The notes beneath the pieces are model-generated. The model saw only the letters and a list, made by a program, of their open reading frames with translations. It had not been told where the DNA came from and made no database searches. The position numbers were made by a program, and so were the translations under genes. Source: an uncultured Candidatus Saccharibacteria bacterium (GTDB taxonomy: Bacteria > Patescibacteriota > Saccharimonadia > Saccharimonadales > Saccharimonadaceae). From it: DNA of 64,000 nt. This document shows, one piece after another, positions 10,548 through 20,709 of this stretch; the first letter of the stretch is position 1; every line of letters starts with the position of its first letter. Where the stretch lies: NCBI GenBank assembly GCA_946560015.1, contig CAMNUC010000001.1:10570-74569 (forward strand), given 5' to 3'.

Positions 10548-11312
10548 ATGGCGAGGGTTATTTGTATTACAAACCAAAAGGGTGGTGTGGGCAAAACGAC
10601 AACATCTGTAAACTTGGCATATTTCTTGGCTAAGGATAAGTATCGAGTACTCTTGATTGATGCCGATCCGCAAGGGAATGCTTCGAGCGGATTAGGGTTA
10701 GATAAATCAACACTAGATGCCAGTATGACGGAGGTGATGTTGTCGGCGGCGGATTTCGCGGACATTATCTTACCGACGGATTTTAAGAATTTTGATTTGG
10801 CTCCAACGACACCGCAGCTAGCGAATGCTGAGGTAGAGTTAACTGGTATGAAGCAGAAATTTTCAGTTATGAAGAAAGCAATCGATAGCGTGCGGGATAA
10901 TTACGATTATATTATTATCGATTCGCCACCAAGTTTGTCACTTTTGACAGTGAACGGAATGATTGCGGCGGATTATTTGATTTTGCCGGTGCAAACGGAG
11001 TTTTATGCGTTGGAGGGCGTAGCGCAGTTGTTGGAGAGCATGGCGATGGTGAAGAAGGCGATGAACCCAAACCTAAAGCTGCTAGGGGTGCTCGCGACAA
11101 TGTATGATAAGCGAACGAGCTTGAGTATGGAAGTGTTGGAAGAAATTCGGAAGTACTTTAAAGATAAGGTGTTTCGGACAACGATCCCACGAAACGTGCG
11201 CGTGGCAGAGGCGCCTAGTCATGGGGTGCCAGTAGGGTCTTATGATAAGTTTAGTAAAGGCGCTAAGGCTTATAGGGATTTTGCGCGTGAGGTGGAGGAA
11301 AGGACAAAATAA
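10548..11312 (+). CDS. parA: ParA/Soj ATPase
   Basis: NQKGGVGKTT, DADPQGNA, IIDSPPSL, EAPSHG. Confidence 0.95.
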   Translation: MARVICITNQKGGVGKTTTSVNLAYFLAKDKYRVLLIDADPQGNASSGLGLDKSTLDASMTEVMLSAADFADIILPTDFKNFDLAPTTPQLANAEVELTGMKQKFSVMKKAIDSVRDNYDYIIIDSPPSLSLLTVNGMIAADYLILPVQTEFYALEGVAQLLESMAMVKKAMNPNLKLLGVLATMYDKRTSLSMEVLEEIRKYFKDKVFRTTIPRNVRVAEAPSHGVPVGSYDKFSKGAKAYRDFAREVEERTK

Positions 11313-11314
11313 AA

Positions 11315-12181
11315 ATGGCATTAGGTAAGAAAACGAAAGGTTTGGGGCGAGGGTTTGAAAGCTTAATCCCGACGGATCTGGTGGATGAGGAATTTGATCC
11401 GACTAGCAAAGAAGACGCGAAGGTTAGTCAGTTAGTTGAGATTGAGATTGAGAAGATTGTACGAGATGAAGACCAGCCGCGGAAGGATTTTAGGCAGGAG
11501 GCTTTACAGGAACTAGCGGATTCGATTAAGATACATGGCGTGTTGCAGCCGATTGTGGTAGTAAAGAAGGGTGATAAGTACCAGATTGTGGCAGGTGAAC
11601 GACGTTGGCGGGCATCAAAGTTGGCAGGTCTTGCGACGATTCCGTCGATTGTGCGGACATTGGATGACCAGAATCGACTAGAGCTGGCAATCATCGAGAA
11701 TGCGCAGCGGGAAGACCTGAACGCGATTGAACTTGCGACAGCGTATGCGAAACTCAAGGAGCAGTTTAATCTGCGTAATGCGGACATTGCGAAGCGGGTG
11801 GGTAAGAGTTCGTCATCAATTATTAACACGCTTAGGCTTTTGCAGTTGCCAGATGAGGCGAAGAAAGCGATGCGCGAATATAATATTGGTGAGGGCCCAA
11901 TGCGCCCATTGGTGGCACAAGATCGTGAGATGGTGCTAGAGGTGCTTCCAAAGATGATTGAGGGGAATTGGTCGGCACGGAAGATTGAGCAATATGTGGC
12001 AGAGCATAAGAAAAAAAGCTCAAGTAGTGCGGTGAAAGTGAATAATTATCGAAAAGAAGAGGCAGAGCTGGCACGAAAGTATGATTGCGAGGTGCGTGTG
12101 CGAGGGCGAAGTGTAACACTGAGTGCATATGACGATGAGAAGTTCCGGGAAGTGCTAGCGAAGTTGGCGCAAAGCGACTAA
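11315..12181 (+). CDS. parB: ParB/Spo0J partition protein
   Basis: GLGRG N-terminus, QPRK.F, AGERRWRA, ENAQREDL, HTH. Confidence 0.95.
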   Translation: MALGKKTKGLGRGFESLIPTDLVDEEFDPTSKEDAKVSQLVEIEIEKIVRDEDQPRKDFRQEALQELADSIKIHGVLQPIVVVKKGDKYQIVAGERRWRASKLAGLATIPSIVRTLDDQNRLELAIIENAQREDLNAIELATAYAKLKEQFNLRNADIAKRVGKSSSSIINTLRLLQLPDEAKKAMREYNIGEGPMRPLVAQDREMVLEVLPKMIEGNWSARKIEQYVAEHKKKSSSSAVKVNNYRKEEAELARKYDCEVRVRGRSVTLSAYDDEKFREVLAKLAQSD

Positions 12182-12462
12182 CCTATATGGGTGGGGATAA
12201 TAAAACACCATTTTTTAGTGGTGTTTTTGATGATATATAGGTATTATGATGAGAAAAGCTTGACTTTTATAATGATGTGTGCTATAATGAAAATATAGGG
12301 TGCAAGCTGAGTGCTTGGCGCCAGGCTTTTGGTGAGCCTTTCTATGAAATTATAGTAAACTTAAAATTTATTGCAAAAGCTTGTGTTTTGGTAGGTGGTT
12401 TGTTATAATAGATGTATCTGATACAAGCTTTGGGGGAATTAGATAAAATAATTGAGGAAAAT

Positions 12463-14679
12463 ATGAATAATAGAGAAGCGGAGCGACGTGCTCGTCTGAT
12501 GAAAATGCGCGATGAGCGGTTGCCGGATATTAAGAAACAATTTGAGGAATCGCAGAAGCGGAATTTTAACTCTAATTTTGCGGAAGGGGGGAAGGATGCG
12601 AAATTGGTTGGTCGAAAAGTTACTAGTGCGAAGGTTGGTGGAGCTCGGACGATGACTAGCAAAACTACTGGCGGTACGAGAGAAGCCGGTGGTAAGATTG
12701 CTAGTAACAAACTTTCCGCGAAGAACGGCAAAGTAGCGGCGGCGCGAGGTAAGTCTGGTAGGACGGCGCATAAGGTAGATGCAAAGCCTGCAGCAAATCG
12801 AAAGGCGGGGTTGGGCGTGTCGGTACGTAAAGGTGAGATGGTGCACCATCAGCGGATGCTGTCGCAAGATGTGAATGCACAGGCGACGCAGCATATTATT
12901 GGGATTCCAGTGAATAAGAGCCGTTATAATGGCTATGATGGTAACCAAGTAACAAATGCGCAATTAAGATCGGCACGGCCAGACCCAGAGGCAGTGCGGA
13001 TTATTCCGATGGGCGGGGTGGGAGAGTTTGGTATTGGCAAGAACATGACTATCATCGAATACAAAGGTGAGATTATCATTATTGATATGGGGTCGTTGTT
13101 CGCGGGGGCGGATTATCCAGGCGTGAATTATATGGTGCCGGATATTCAGTATCTTGAAGACAATAAGGATAAGGTGAAAGCAATTTGTTTTACGCACGCG
13201 CATTTGGATCACATTGGGGCGTGTAGACATCTTTTGCCGAAGTTTAATCATTTAACTCCGATTTATGCGACGGCGTTTACGATTGGCATGATTCAGAAGC
13301 AGATGTCGGAACTAGATGATGTACCGGAACTAAATTATCAACCAGTGGATCCGTTCAAAAATGAGATTATCAAGGTAAGTGAGCATCTTAGTGTGGAGTT
13401 TATTCATACTTTGCACAGTATTCCGGGGAATACAGCAATTGTGGTAAGGACGCCAAATGGAGTGATCTATTTTAGTGGCGACTGGCGCCGTGAAGTGAAC
13501 CCGCTGGGTAAGCAGACAGATTTTGAACGAATTGACGAGATTGTGAAAAAAGAGGGAATTGACCTTTTAGTAAACGAAAGTACGAATATTGATAGCCCAG
13601 GGCGGCATCCGCACTCAGAATATGATGTAGGTGAGAACTTGGGGCGAGTGATGGATCACTATGCGACTGGACGCGTAATTGTGAGCTGCTTTAGTTCGCA
13701 GATTAAGCGTATCGAGTTAGTCTTGCAGGAGGCGGCAAAGCGTGGACGTAAGGTGGCGTTTGCGGGCTTCTCGATGATAAATAACGTTGAGGTAGCACTA
13801 AAGACTGGCGTGATCAAAATTCCGAAAGATACCATTATGAAGATGGAAGATATTGTGAAATTGCCGGACGATAAGGTTACGGTAGTGTGTACTGGTTCGC
13901 AGGGTGAGCTGAACGCAGTATTGAACCGAATGGTCTCAGGTGCACATAAGTATATCAAGATCAAGAGTAGTGATGTAATTGTGTTTTCTTCAAACCCAAT
14001 TCCGGGGAATGAACCGCACGTGGTAAATACGGTAGATGGATTATTGCGTGAGGGTGCAGAAGTGATCCAAAATGGTAAAACTCATATTACGAATCTTGGA
14101 CCTTTACATTTGTCGGGGCATGCATATTATGAGGATCATATTGAATTTGTGCAGAGGTTGAACCCAACGAACTATGTGCCGTATCACGGTGAGTTCTATA
14201 TGCTGGAGCACAACGCAGAGATGGCGGAAAATGTGATTGGCATGAAAAAAGAGCGGATTTTGGTGACAGATGATGGGGATATCATAGAATTGATGCCGGA
14301 TAAGACTATTCGCAAGAATGGACGGATCCAGGTAGGGAATAAACTATTTGATGATGCAGACAAGCCAGTGCATGAGGCAGTGGTGAAGGATAGGATCCAT
14401 ATTTCACGGGAAGGGATTTTTGTCCTAGTGTTGACGCTGAGCAAAAAGAATAATCGCTTGGTGAAGACGCCAGATATTGTGTCACGAGCATTTATCTATC
14501 TGGATAATTCGGAAGAATTGGTGGCAAAGATTCGACACTATTTGCGGGTGCGGACGGAGAAGCTCCAGGGCGACGATATGAAAGCGTTTAAGGAAGAGAT
14601 TAAGGAAGATGTGACGCATATTCTCTTTGATGCGACCGGGCATACGCCAATTGTGATACCGGTGATTAATCGGGTGTAG
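12463..14679 (+). CDS. rnj: Ribonuclease J with long basic N-terminal extension
   Basis: GG..E.GKN, THAHLDHIG, HSIP, GSQGE, HLSGHA, P.HGE motifs. Confidence 0.95.
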   Translation: MNNREAERRARLMKMRDERLPDIKKQFEESQKRNFNSNFAEGGKDAKLVGRKVTSAKVGGARTMTSKTTGGTREAGGKIASNKLSAKNGKVAAARGKSGRTAHKVDAKPAANRKAGLGVSVRKGEMVHHQRMLSQDVNAQATQHIIGIPVNKSRYNGYDGNQVTNAQLRSARPDPEAVRIIPMGGVGEFGIGKNMTIIEYKGEIIIIDMGSLFAGADYPGVNYMVPDIQYLEDNKDKVKAICFTHAHLDHIGACRHLLPKFNHLTPIYATAFTIGMIQKQMSELDDVPELNYQPVDPFKNEIIKVSEHLSVEFIHTLHSIPGNTAIVVRTPNGVIYFSGDWRREVNPLGKQTDFERIDEIVKKEGIDLLVNESTNIDSPGRHPHSEYDVGENLGRVMDHYATGRVIVSCFSSQIKRIELVLQEAAKRGRKVAFAGFSMINNVEVALKTGVIKIPKDTIMKMEDIVKLPDDKVTVVCTGSQGELNAVLNRMVSGAHKYIKIKSSDVIVFSSNPIPGNEPHVVNTVDGLLREGAEVIQNGKTHITNLGPLHLSGHAYYEDHIEFVQRLNPTNYVPYHGEFYMLEHNAEMAENVIGMKKERILVTDDGDIIELMPDKTIRKNGRIQVGNKLFDDADKPVHEAVVKDRIHISREGIFVLVLTLSKKNNRLVKTPDIVSRAFIYLDNSEELVAKIRHYLRVRTEKLQGDDMKAFKEEIKEDVTHILFDATGHTPIVIPVINRV

Positions 14680-14706
14680 AGAAGAAGAGCACTGCAGCCA
14701 GATTTA

Positions 14707-14731
14707 AAGCCTAGGCATTGCCTAGGCTTTT
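14707..14731 (+). terminator. Intrinsic terminator after rnj
   Basis: aagcctaggc-att-gcctaggctttt. Confidence 0.8.
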
Positions 14732-14809
14732 GGGTGGGGTGCTGATGAAAAAGCAGGAAAAGGGTAACCCCACCAGCGGAGCTGGTGGGGTGATGAACGA
14801 ACTATGGAA

Positions 14810-14965
14810 TTAGGCGATACCGAGTGCATCGGCGGTGCGTTTCGCGATGGAAAGAGCGGACTCAGTGTCGGGAGCGACCGCGTCGGCGATGCGCTTCAGC
14901 AGGGCGTTCTGGGTCTCCAGCAGTTTGTTCTGGCTCGCGAGGAGTTGGATGATTTGATCGTTCAT
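14810..14965 (-). CDS. Small 51-aa helical protein not in the ORF track
   Basis: MNDQIIQLLASQNKLLETQNALLKRIADAVAPDTESALSIAKRTADALGIA; AAAGGAG RBS; TTGACA-17-TATAAT at 15110-15082; hairpin ~14768-14790 downstream. Confidence 0.75.
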   Translation of the reverse strand: MNDQIIQLLASQNKLLETQNALLKRIADAVAPDTESALSIAKRTADALGIA

Positions 14966-15228
14966 AATAAGGTGCACTCCTTTAATATAAAATTTGGGGA
15001 GAAATGATTTGTAGCTTCCGTACGCTCGGTACAGGAATGCTTGATATACGCGGAAAGCTGGAGCTTTCTTTGTATACCTCCATTATAGCACACATAGATT
15101 ATTTTGTCAATACTCTTTATGGTTATTCTGTGAAAAAGCAGGGAATTGGTGTAAAATGAGTTAGTTTTAGTGTCTGGGGTAGCGGAGTGGCTTTGTGAAA
15201 AATAGTTAAAACTAAGTAAAAAAGATGT

Positions 15229-15255
15229 TTAGCACTCTTGACGATGGAGTGCTAA
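15229..15255. promoter_or_regulatory. CIRCE operator (HrcA site) over the clpC promoter
   Basis: Perfect TTAGCACTC-N9-GAGTGCTAA; contains -35 TTGACG (15238), with TATAAT at 15261. Confidence 0.93.
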
Positions 15256-15326
15256 CTTGCTATAATGGGGTGAAATGAGATATAATATTGATATAGTTTA
15301 GTTTTGATTGGGGAAGTGGAGACTCT

Positions 15327-17819
15327 ATGGAGAATGAATTTAGTGAAATGATGAATCGGCTGTCGGAAGACGCGAGATTTGCGCTTCAGAAGGCGGATTT
15401 GTTTAGTAAAAAGTATAATAATGGCTACATGGGAACGGAGCATATTTTGCTGGGGGTGTTGGCGCAAGATGCGTCGGAGGGGGCGAAACTCTTGGCGAAG
15501 GTTGATGTAGATCTGGCGAAAGCAGAGAAAGCCTTGGGGCAAGAAGCCGCAGAAGTGAATGGTGGGGCGGCGATGGCGATGATGTCATTGTCTGAGTCGG
15601 CGGTATTGACGCTAAGAATGGCAGACCACTATGCGACGGAGCGGGGGGCGCGTACGGTAGGAACGGAGCATATCTTGTATGCGTTGTTATGTCAGCCTAG
15701 CTCACGGGGTACGGTACTACTGGACAAGATGGAGGTAGATTTGCAGGGTCTCACAGAGGTAGTGGAAAAAGAGTTGGATGCACGAGCCGAGAATGAACGG
15801 GCACAGGAGAAGAAAAAGGAATTCCGGAAGGGTGGACAATTGCGTTGGCTGAAGAAGTTTGGACAAGATCTGACGGATATGGCAAAAGACGATAAGCTTG
15901 ACACGGTGATTGGGAGAGATCGAGAGATTGAACGAGTAGTGACGGTGTTGAGCCGACGCACGAAGTCGAACCCAGTGTTGATCGGCGAGGCTGGAGTGGG
16001 AAAAACAGCGATCGTAGAGGGCTTAGCTGAACGGATTGTGAAGAATGATGTGCCGGGAATGCTGGTGGGGAAGCGGATTTTTCAGATAGATCTTTCTAAT
16101 ATTGTGGCGGGAACGAAGTTCCGGGGAGAGTTTGAAGAACGCATAAAAGGTATTATTGATGAGGCGGTAAACAATGATGACATTATATTGTTTATAGATG
16201 AGTTGCACTTGTTGTCTGGTGCGGGGGCGGGGGAGAGCACAATGGATGCGGCAAACATTCTTAAACCTGCTTTGGCGCGGGGGCAGTTGCAGCTAATTGG
16301 TGCAACGACAATGGATGAGTATAGGAAGTATATAGAAAAAGATAAAGCGTTGGCGCGGCGTTTTCAGACGGTGATGGTGGAAGAACCGAGTCCAGAGGTG
16401 ACTTTGAAAATCCTAAAGGGTATTAAGGCTCATTATGAGAAACATCATGGGGTGGAGATTCCGGAAGAAATGCTAGAAACAGCGATTCATATGTCTGGGC
16501 GGTATATTAATGATCGTTTTATGCCAGATAAGGTAATTGACGTACTGGACGAAGCTTCGGCGATTGCGAAGGTAACAGCGGATAAGAATGGTGGTTCGGA
16601 ATATAAGAAATTAAAAGTGCGTTTGACGGAATTAGAAGCAGAGATGCAGACGGCGGCGGAGGGAGAAGATTTTGAGAAGGCGGCGAATCTAAAAACCGAG
16701 TCAGAGCAGCTGAAGAAGCAAATTAAGACAATGCAAAAGAAGGGCGCTGAAAAACTGCCGGTGCTTTCGGAAGATGATTTGGCGCTTGCGATTTCGTTAA
16801 AAACCGGCATTCCGGTATCGAAGGTGCATGGGTCAGAACTGGAACTACTAGGGAAGTTGGAAGAGCATCTACGAAAGTCGGTGGTAGGACAAAACGAAGC
16901 AATTAAGGCGGTAGCGAAAGCGATTCGACGGGGGAGGAGTGGAATTGCTGATCCAGAACGCCCGATTGGAAGCTTCTTGTTTATGGGGCCAACTGGTGTA
17001 GGTAAGACGGAGCTTGCACGGGTGATTGCGCGAGAAGTGTTTGGCGGGGAGAGTGCGTTGATCAAGATTGACATGTCGGAGTTTGGTGAGAAGCATAATG
17101 TATCACGGTTAGTGGGGGCACCGGCGGGCTATGTGGGCTATGAAGATGGCGGAAAGCTGACGGAGGCAGTACGGCGTAAACCGTACTCAGTGGTACTGTT
17201 TGATGAGATTGAAAAAGCACACCCAGACGTATTTAACATGCTACTGCAGATCTTGGAAGACGGAGTGTTGACGGATGGTCAAGGCAATAAAGTGAAGTTT
17301 AATAATACAATTGTGATTTTGACTTCTAATCTTGGCGCGGGTGAAATGTACCGAGATAGTGAGTTTGGTTTTTCGGCGAAGACGGAGAAAAGCAAGCGTG
17401 ATCTGGCAGTAGAATACGAAACAAGCAAAGAAGTGGCGATGCGCGAGCTGAAAAAGGTGATGAAGCCTGAGTTGATTAATCGTTTGGATGCGATTTTAGT
17501 GTTCCACCCATTGACAGAAGAAAATGTGGAAAAGATTTTTGACAATTTGGTGGAGGAGCTAAAAAAGCGTTTAGCGGAGAAGGGCTTGGCGCTACAAGTG
17601 TCACCAGAAGTAAAGAAAGAACTAATCAATGAAGGTTACGACCCAAAGAATGGGGCGCGGCCGCTGCGTAGGGTGATTGAAGATAAAATCGAGACTTTGA
17701 TTGCGGAGGCGATGATTGCAGGCGAGCTAGAAAAAGGCAATATAGCGAAGATCGACCTAGCAAGAGACAAAAGTAAGGGTAGCGAGCATAAACTAAACTT
17801 GAAAGTAGCCAATGGATAA
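15327..17819 (+). CDS. clpC: Clp ATPase ClpC
   Basis: Two Clp-N repeats, GEAGVGKT and GPTGVGKT Walker A motifs, UVR-like M domain, GARPLRR. Confidence 0.93.
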   Translation: MENEFSEMMNRLSEDARFALQKADLFSKKYNNGYMGTEHILLGVLAQDASEGAKLLAKVDVDLAKAEKALGQEAAEVNGGAAMAMMSLSESAVLTLRMADHYATERGARTVGTEHILYALLCQPSSRGTVLLDKMEVDLQGLTEVVEKELDARAENERAQEKKKEFRKGGQLRWLKKFGQDLTDMAKDDKLDTVIGRDREIERVVTVLSRRTKSNPVLIGEAGVGKTAIVEGLAERIVKNDVPGMLVGKRIFQIDLSNIVAGTKFRGEFEERIKGIIDEAVNNDDIILFIDELHLLSGAGAGESTMDAANILKPALARGQLQLIGATTMDEYRKYIEKDKALARRFQTVMVEEPSPEVTLKILKGIKAHYEKHHGVEIPEEMLETAIHMSGRYINDRFMPDKVIDVLDEASAIAKVTADKNGGSEYKKLKVRLTELEAEMQTAAEGEDFEKAANLKTESEQLKKQIKTMQKKGAEKLPVLSEDDLALAISLKTGIPVSKVHGSELELLGKLEEHLRKSVVGQNEAIKAVAKAIRRGRSGIADPERPIGSFLFMGPTGVGKTELARVIAREVFGGESALIKIDMSEFGEKHNVSRLVGAPAGYVGYEDGGKLTEAVRRKPYSVVLFDEIEKAHPDVFNMLLQILEDGVLTDGQGNKVKFNNTIVILTSNLGAGEMYRDSEFGFSAKTEKSKRDLAVEYETSKEVAMRELKKVMKPELINRLDAILVFHPLTEENVEKIFDNLVEELKKRLAEKGLALQVSPEVKKELINEGYDPKNGARPLRRVIEDKIETLIAEAMIAGELEKGNIAKIDLARDKSKGSEHKLNLKVANG

Positions 17820-18807
17820 AGAGCCAACGCAAAAGTCGAATCGTTTGAAGGAAGGGATTGCGATTGTTTTAATGACGGTGGTTTTGGTGGTGGTGTATGG
17901 GTTTTTGCAGTCGGACTTTGCGCAGGATAGTTGGAAAGCGTGGTGGTATAAAGAACCAGCAAGCGTGAGCACATTACGACAAGATTTGGAACTGACGGGG
18001 ACTGGTGAGCGGATTTTTCTAGCGACACAACCAGCGATAGAAGAAGCAGAGGCTTTTAATGAACATTGTGGAGAGCATCGGGATGATGTGTCGCTTCTAG
18101 GTTGCTATAACGACGGGAGGATTTATGTCTACGATGTGAAGCTGGATAGTTTGCGAGATTCTAATAAAGTGACGGCGGCGCATGAATTGCTTCATGCAGT
18201 ATGGTCTAGATTGTCAAGACGCGAGAAAGAACAGTTGGAAGGCTGGCTGGAGGATTTTAAGCGAGAAAAAATAGAATGGGTAGAGGGCGAGGTGAACTTA
18301 TATGGTGAGCAGGAACGATTAGAGGAACTCTATGTGCGGATAGGCACAAAATTAAGAGATATTCCGGATGAACTGGAGAAGCATTATCAAGAGTATTTTT
18401 TGAATCGGCTGAAGATAGTGGATTATTATGAAAATTATCAGGCACCATTTAGGGAATTACACGAGAAAAATGAGACAATAAGGGTCAAGGTGGCAACACT
18501 AGGAGCGGAGATTGAACAAGAAAGAGCAGACTATGAAAAACGGTCGGCAGCATTAACTCAGAGAATAGAGGAGTTTAATCTGTGTGCAGGGACGGCGGGG
18601 TGCTTTGCGACGGACGGCGAGTTTACTAGACAACGGGCGGAATTAGAAACGGAGAGATTGGCGCTTGCGGAATTAAGAACGAAACTAAACAAGAAGATTG
18701 ATGAGAATAATCAATTAGTGATGGAGTATGAGGAGAACCGGAAGAATTTGGGTGAATTAAATGATGCCATGAATTCTAATATAGATAAGATTGAGGATGG
18801 TATATAG
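17812..18807 (+). CDS. Membrane-anchored putative zinc metallopeptidase with coiled coil
   Basis: N-terminal TM, AAHELLHA (HEXXH), C-terminal coiled coil. Confidence 0.7.
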   Translation: MDKEPTQKSNRLKEGIAIVLMTVVLVVVYGFLQSDFAQDSWKAWWYKEPASVSTLRQDLELTGTGERIFLATQPAIEEAEAFNEHCGEHRDDVSLLGCYNDGRIYVYDVKLDSLRDSNKVTAAHELLHAVWSRLSRREKEQLEGWLEDFKREKIEWVEGEVNLYGEQERLEELYVRIGTKLRDIPDELEKHYQEYFLNRLKIVDYYENYQAPFRELHEKNETIRVKVATLGAEIEQERADYEKRSAALTQRIEEFNLCAGTAGCFATDGEFTRQRAELETERLALAELRTKLNKKIDENNQLVMEYEENRKNLGELNDAMNSNIDKIEDGI

Positions 18808-18825
18808 TATAATAAAAGGAGAATT

Positions 18826-19422
18826 ATGAGTAAAAAAACATTGAATGATTATTTAGTACCAACCGTAGTAGAGGAGACCGCGCGTGGTGAGCGGGCGTAT
18901 GATATTTATTCACGGCTTTTGAACGACCGAATTGTATTCTTGGGCGAACAGGTGGACTCGCATACGGCAAACTTGGTGGTGGCACAGTTGTTATATTTGG
19001 CAAACGAAGATCCGAAGCGTGATATTAAACTTTATATTAATTCACCTGGCGGATCGGTGTATGATGGTCTTGCGATTATTGATACGATGGATTATATCAA
19101 GCCAGATGTACAGACAATTGGAATTGGTTTGCAGGCGTCGATGGGGGCGATGTTGCTGAGCTGTGGGGCTAAGGGCAAACGCTTCGTGTTGCCAAATTCA
19201 CGGATTATGATTCATCAACCATCATCGGGCACGGAAGGTAAGGTGACGGATCAGGAAATTACATTGAGAGAAAGTATTTTTGTGAAGAAGCGTTTGGCGG
19301 AGATTTTTGCGGAACGTACTGGCAAGACTTTGAAGCAAGTAGAAAAAGATATGGATCGCGATAATTGGATGAGTGCGGAAGAAGCGCTAACATACGGGAT
19401 CGTGGACGAAATAATTAAATAG
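18826..19422 (+). CDS. clpP: ATP-dependent Clp protease proteolytic subunit
   Basis: [26 protein letters not shown]. Confidence 0.97.
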   Translation: MSKKTLNDYLVPTVVEETARGERAYDIYSRLLNDRIVFLGEQVDSHTANLVVAQLLYLANEDPKRDIKLYINSPGGSVYDGLAIIDTMDYIKPDVQTIGIGLQASMGAMLLSCGAKGKRFVLPNSRIMIHQPSSGTEGKVTDQEITLRESIFVKKRLAEIFAERTGKTLKQVEKDMDRDNWMSAEEALTYGIVDEIIK

Positions 19423-19438
19423 GCAGTAGGTTGGAGGT

Positions 19439-20056
19439 GTGATGCGGATCGGGGTAGATATTGATGGTGTATTGAACCGTAGGATGCGGTTTTTGCTGGA
19501 CTGCGGGTCGGAATTTTGTGCGAAGTCAGGTAAAGGTGAGATACAAAATCTGAAAAGCCCGCACGTGAGTGAAATTTTTGGTTGGGACAAACAAACGCGG
19601 GATGAGTTTTGGTACGAATATGGGGCGTTGCAGATGTTTGTGTGGTCGGCGCAGAATTATGCGGCAGAAGTGATAAGGAAGCTGCGTCAAGAAGGTCATG
19701 AGATTTGGATCATAACTGGTCGTAATAATGAGGATTCACGTGTGAAAGGAATGCCGGAAGGGGCAACTTGGGAGGATACGACAAAAGGTTGGCTAGCAGA
19801 AAATAAGATAGAGTATGATCAGATACATTTTGGATTGAACGGAATCAGGCGCTCTAAGGGGCCGTTTTGTCGAGAAAATGGGATTGATGTAATGATTGAA
19901 GATTTGCCGGAGTACTTGGAGGGATTTGTGGGGAAGACGAGAGTTCTAATCTTTGATCAGCCATATAATCGTGAGGTAGAGGTGCCGAACTCGGAGCGGG
20001 TGTATGCTTGGTATGATATTTATAGTAAAATACAGAAAATGAAGGTTGACAAATAA
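19439..20056 (+). CDS. HAD-family 5'(3')-nucleotidase-like protein
   Basis: IGVDIDGVL, ITGR, MIED, FDQPYN. Confidence 0.8.
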   Translation: MMRIGVDIDGVLNRRMRFLLDCGSEFCAKSGKGEIQNLKSPHVSEIFGWDKQTRDEFWYEYGALQMFVWSAQNYAAEVIRKLRQEGHEIWIITGRNNEDSRVKGMPEGATWEDTTKGWLAENKIEYDQIHFGLNGIRRSKGPFCRENGIDVMIEDLPEYLEGFVGKTRVLIFDQPYNREVEVPNSERVYAWYDIYSKIQKMKVDK

Positions 20057-20161
20057 GCATAAGTGTGATAGTATTGAGGTATAGCTCTGCTAATGAGCGG
20101 AGGTTTTGAGGAGGTAAAAAATGAAGATTTTACGGTTAGATAGTGCTTTTAGGGAGGTAAT

Positions 20162-20584
20162 GTGAAAGTTTTATGGACGGATGGCAGTGCTAGCCCGAAC
20201 CCGGGGCCAGGCGGATATGCGGTGCTAGAGAATGGTAAGCCGGTGGCGTTGGGTCGAGAGAAAGAATCGACGAATATTCGGATGGAAGGGTTAGCGATGG
20301 TGGCGGCTATTAAATATGCTGGTGAAGAGGGTTGCGAGATACATAGTGACTCGGAATTTTGGATAAACGTACTAACAAAGTGGGCACCGGGATGGTGCGC
20401 AAAGGGCTGGAAGAAAAGTAAGGGGGAAATCAAAAACTTGGACATTGTGCAGGAATTGTATGATTTATATAGGCAATATCCGGTGAAATTGACATGGGTA
20501 CGGGGGCATGTCGGTACCAAATATAATGAATTGGCAGATGAGTGGGCGAATAAAGCGCGAAAAGGTGTGACGCTGTCAGAGTAA
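20162..20584 (+). CDS. rnhA: Ribonuclease HI
   Basis: TDGS..PNPGPGG, TN.RME, DS, WVRGH, NE.AD. Confidence 0.95.
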   Translation: MKVLWTDGSASPNPGPGGYAVLENGKPVALGREKESTNIRMEGLAMVAAIKYAGEEGCEIHSDSEFWINVLTKWAPGWCAKGWKKSKGEIKNLDIVQELYDLYRQYPVKLTWVRGHVGTKYNELADEWANKARKGVTLSE

Positions 20585-20709
20585 GTTTTTGGGCGAGCGC
20601 CTTTGACGGCGGCTTAGGGGTAGAATAGGGGTGGTAGGTATTGTCTAAAGAGCGTTTCTCTGATAAAATGAAATTAGAGGTAATAACTAATTAATTTTGG
20701 GAGAAAAAA

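Noticed and set aside
10470-12260. parS site near parAB
   Set aside because: No TGTTTCACGTGAAACA-like palindrome was found by eye.
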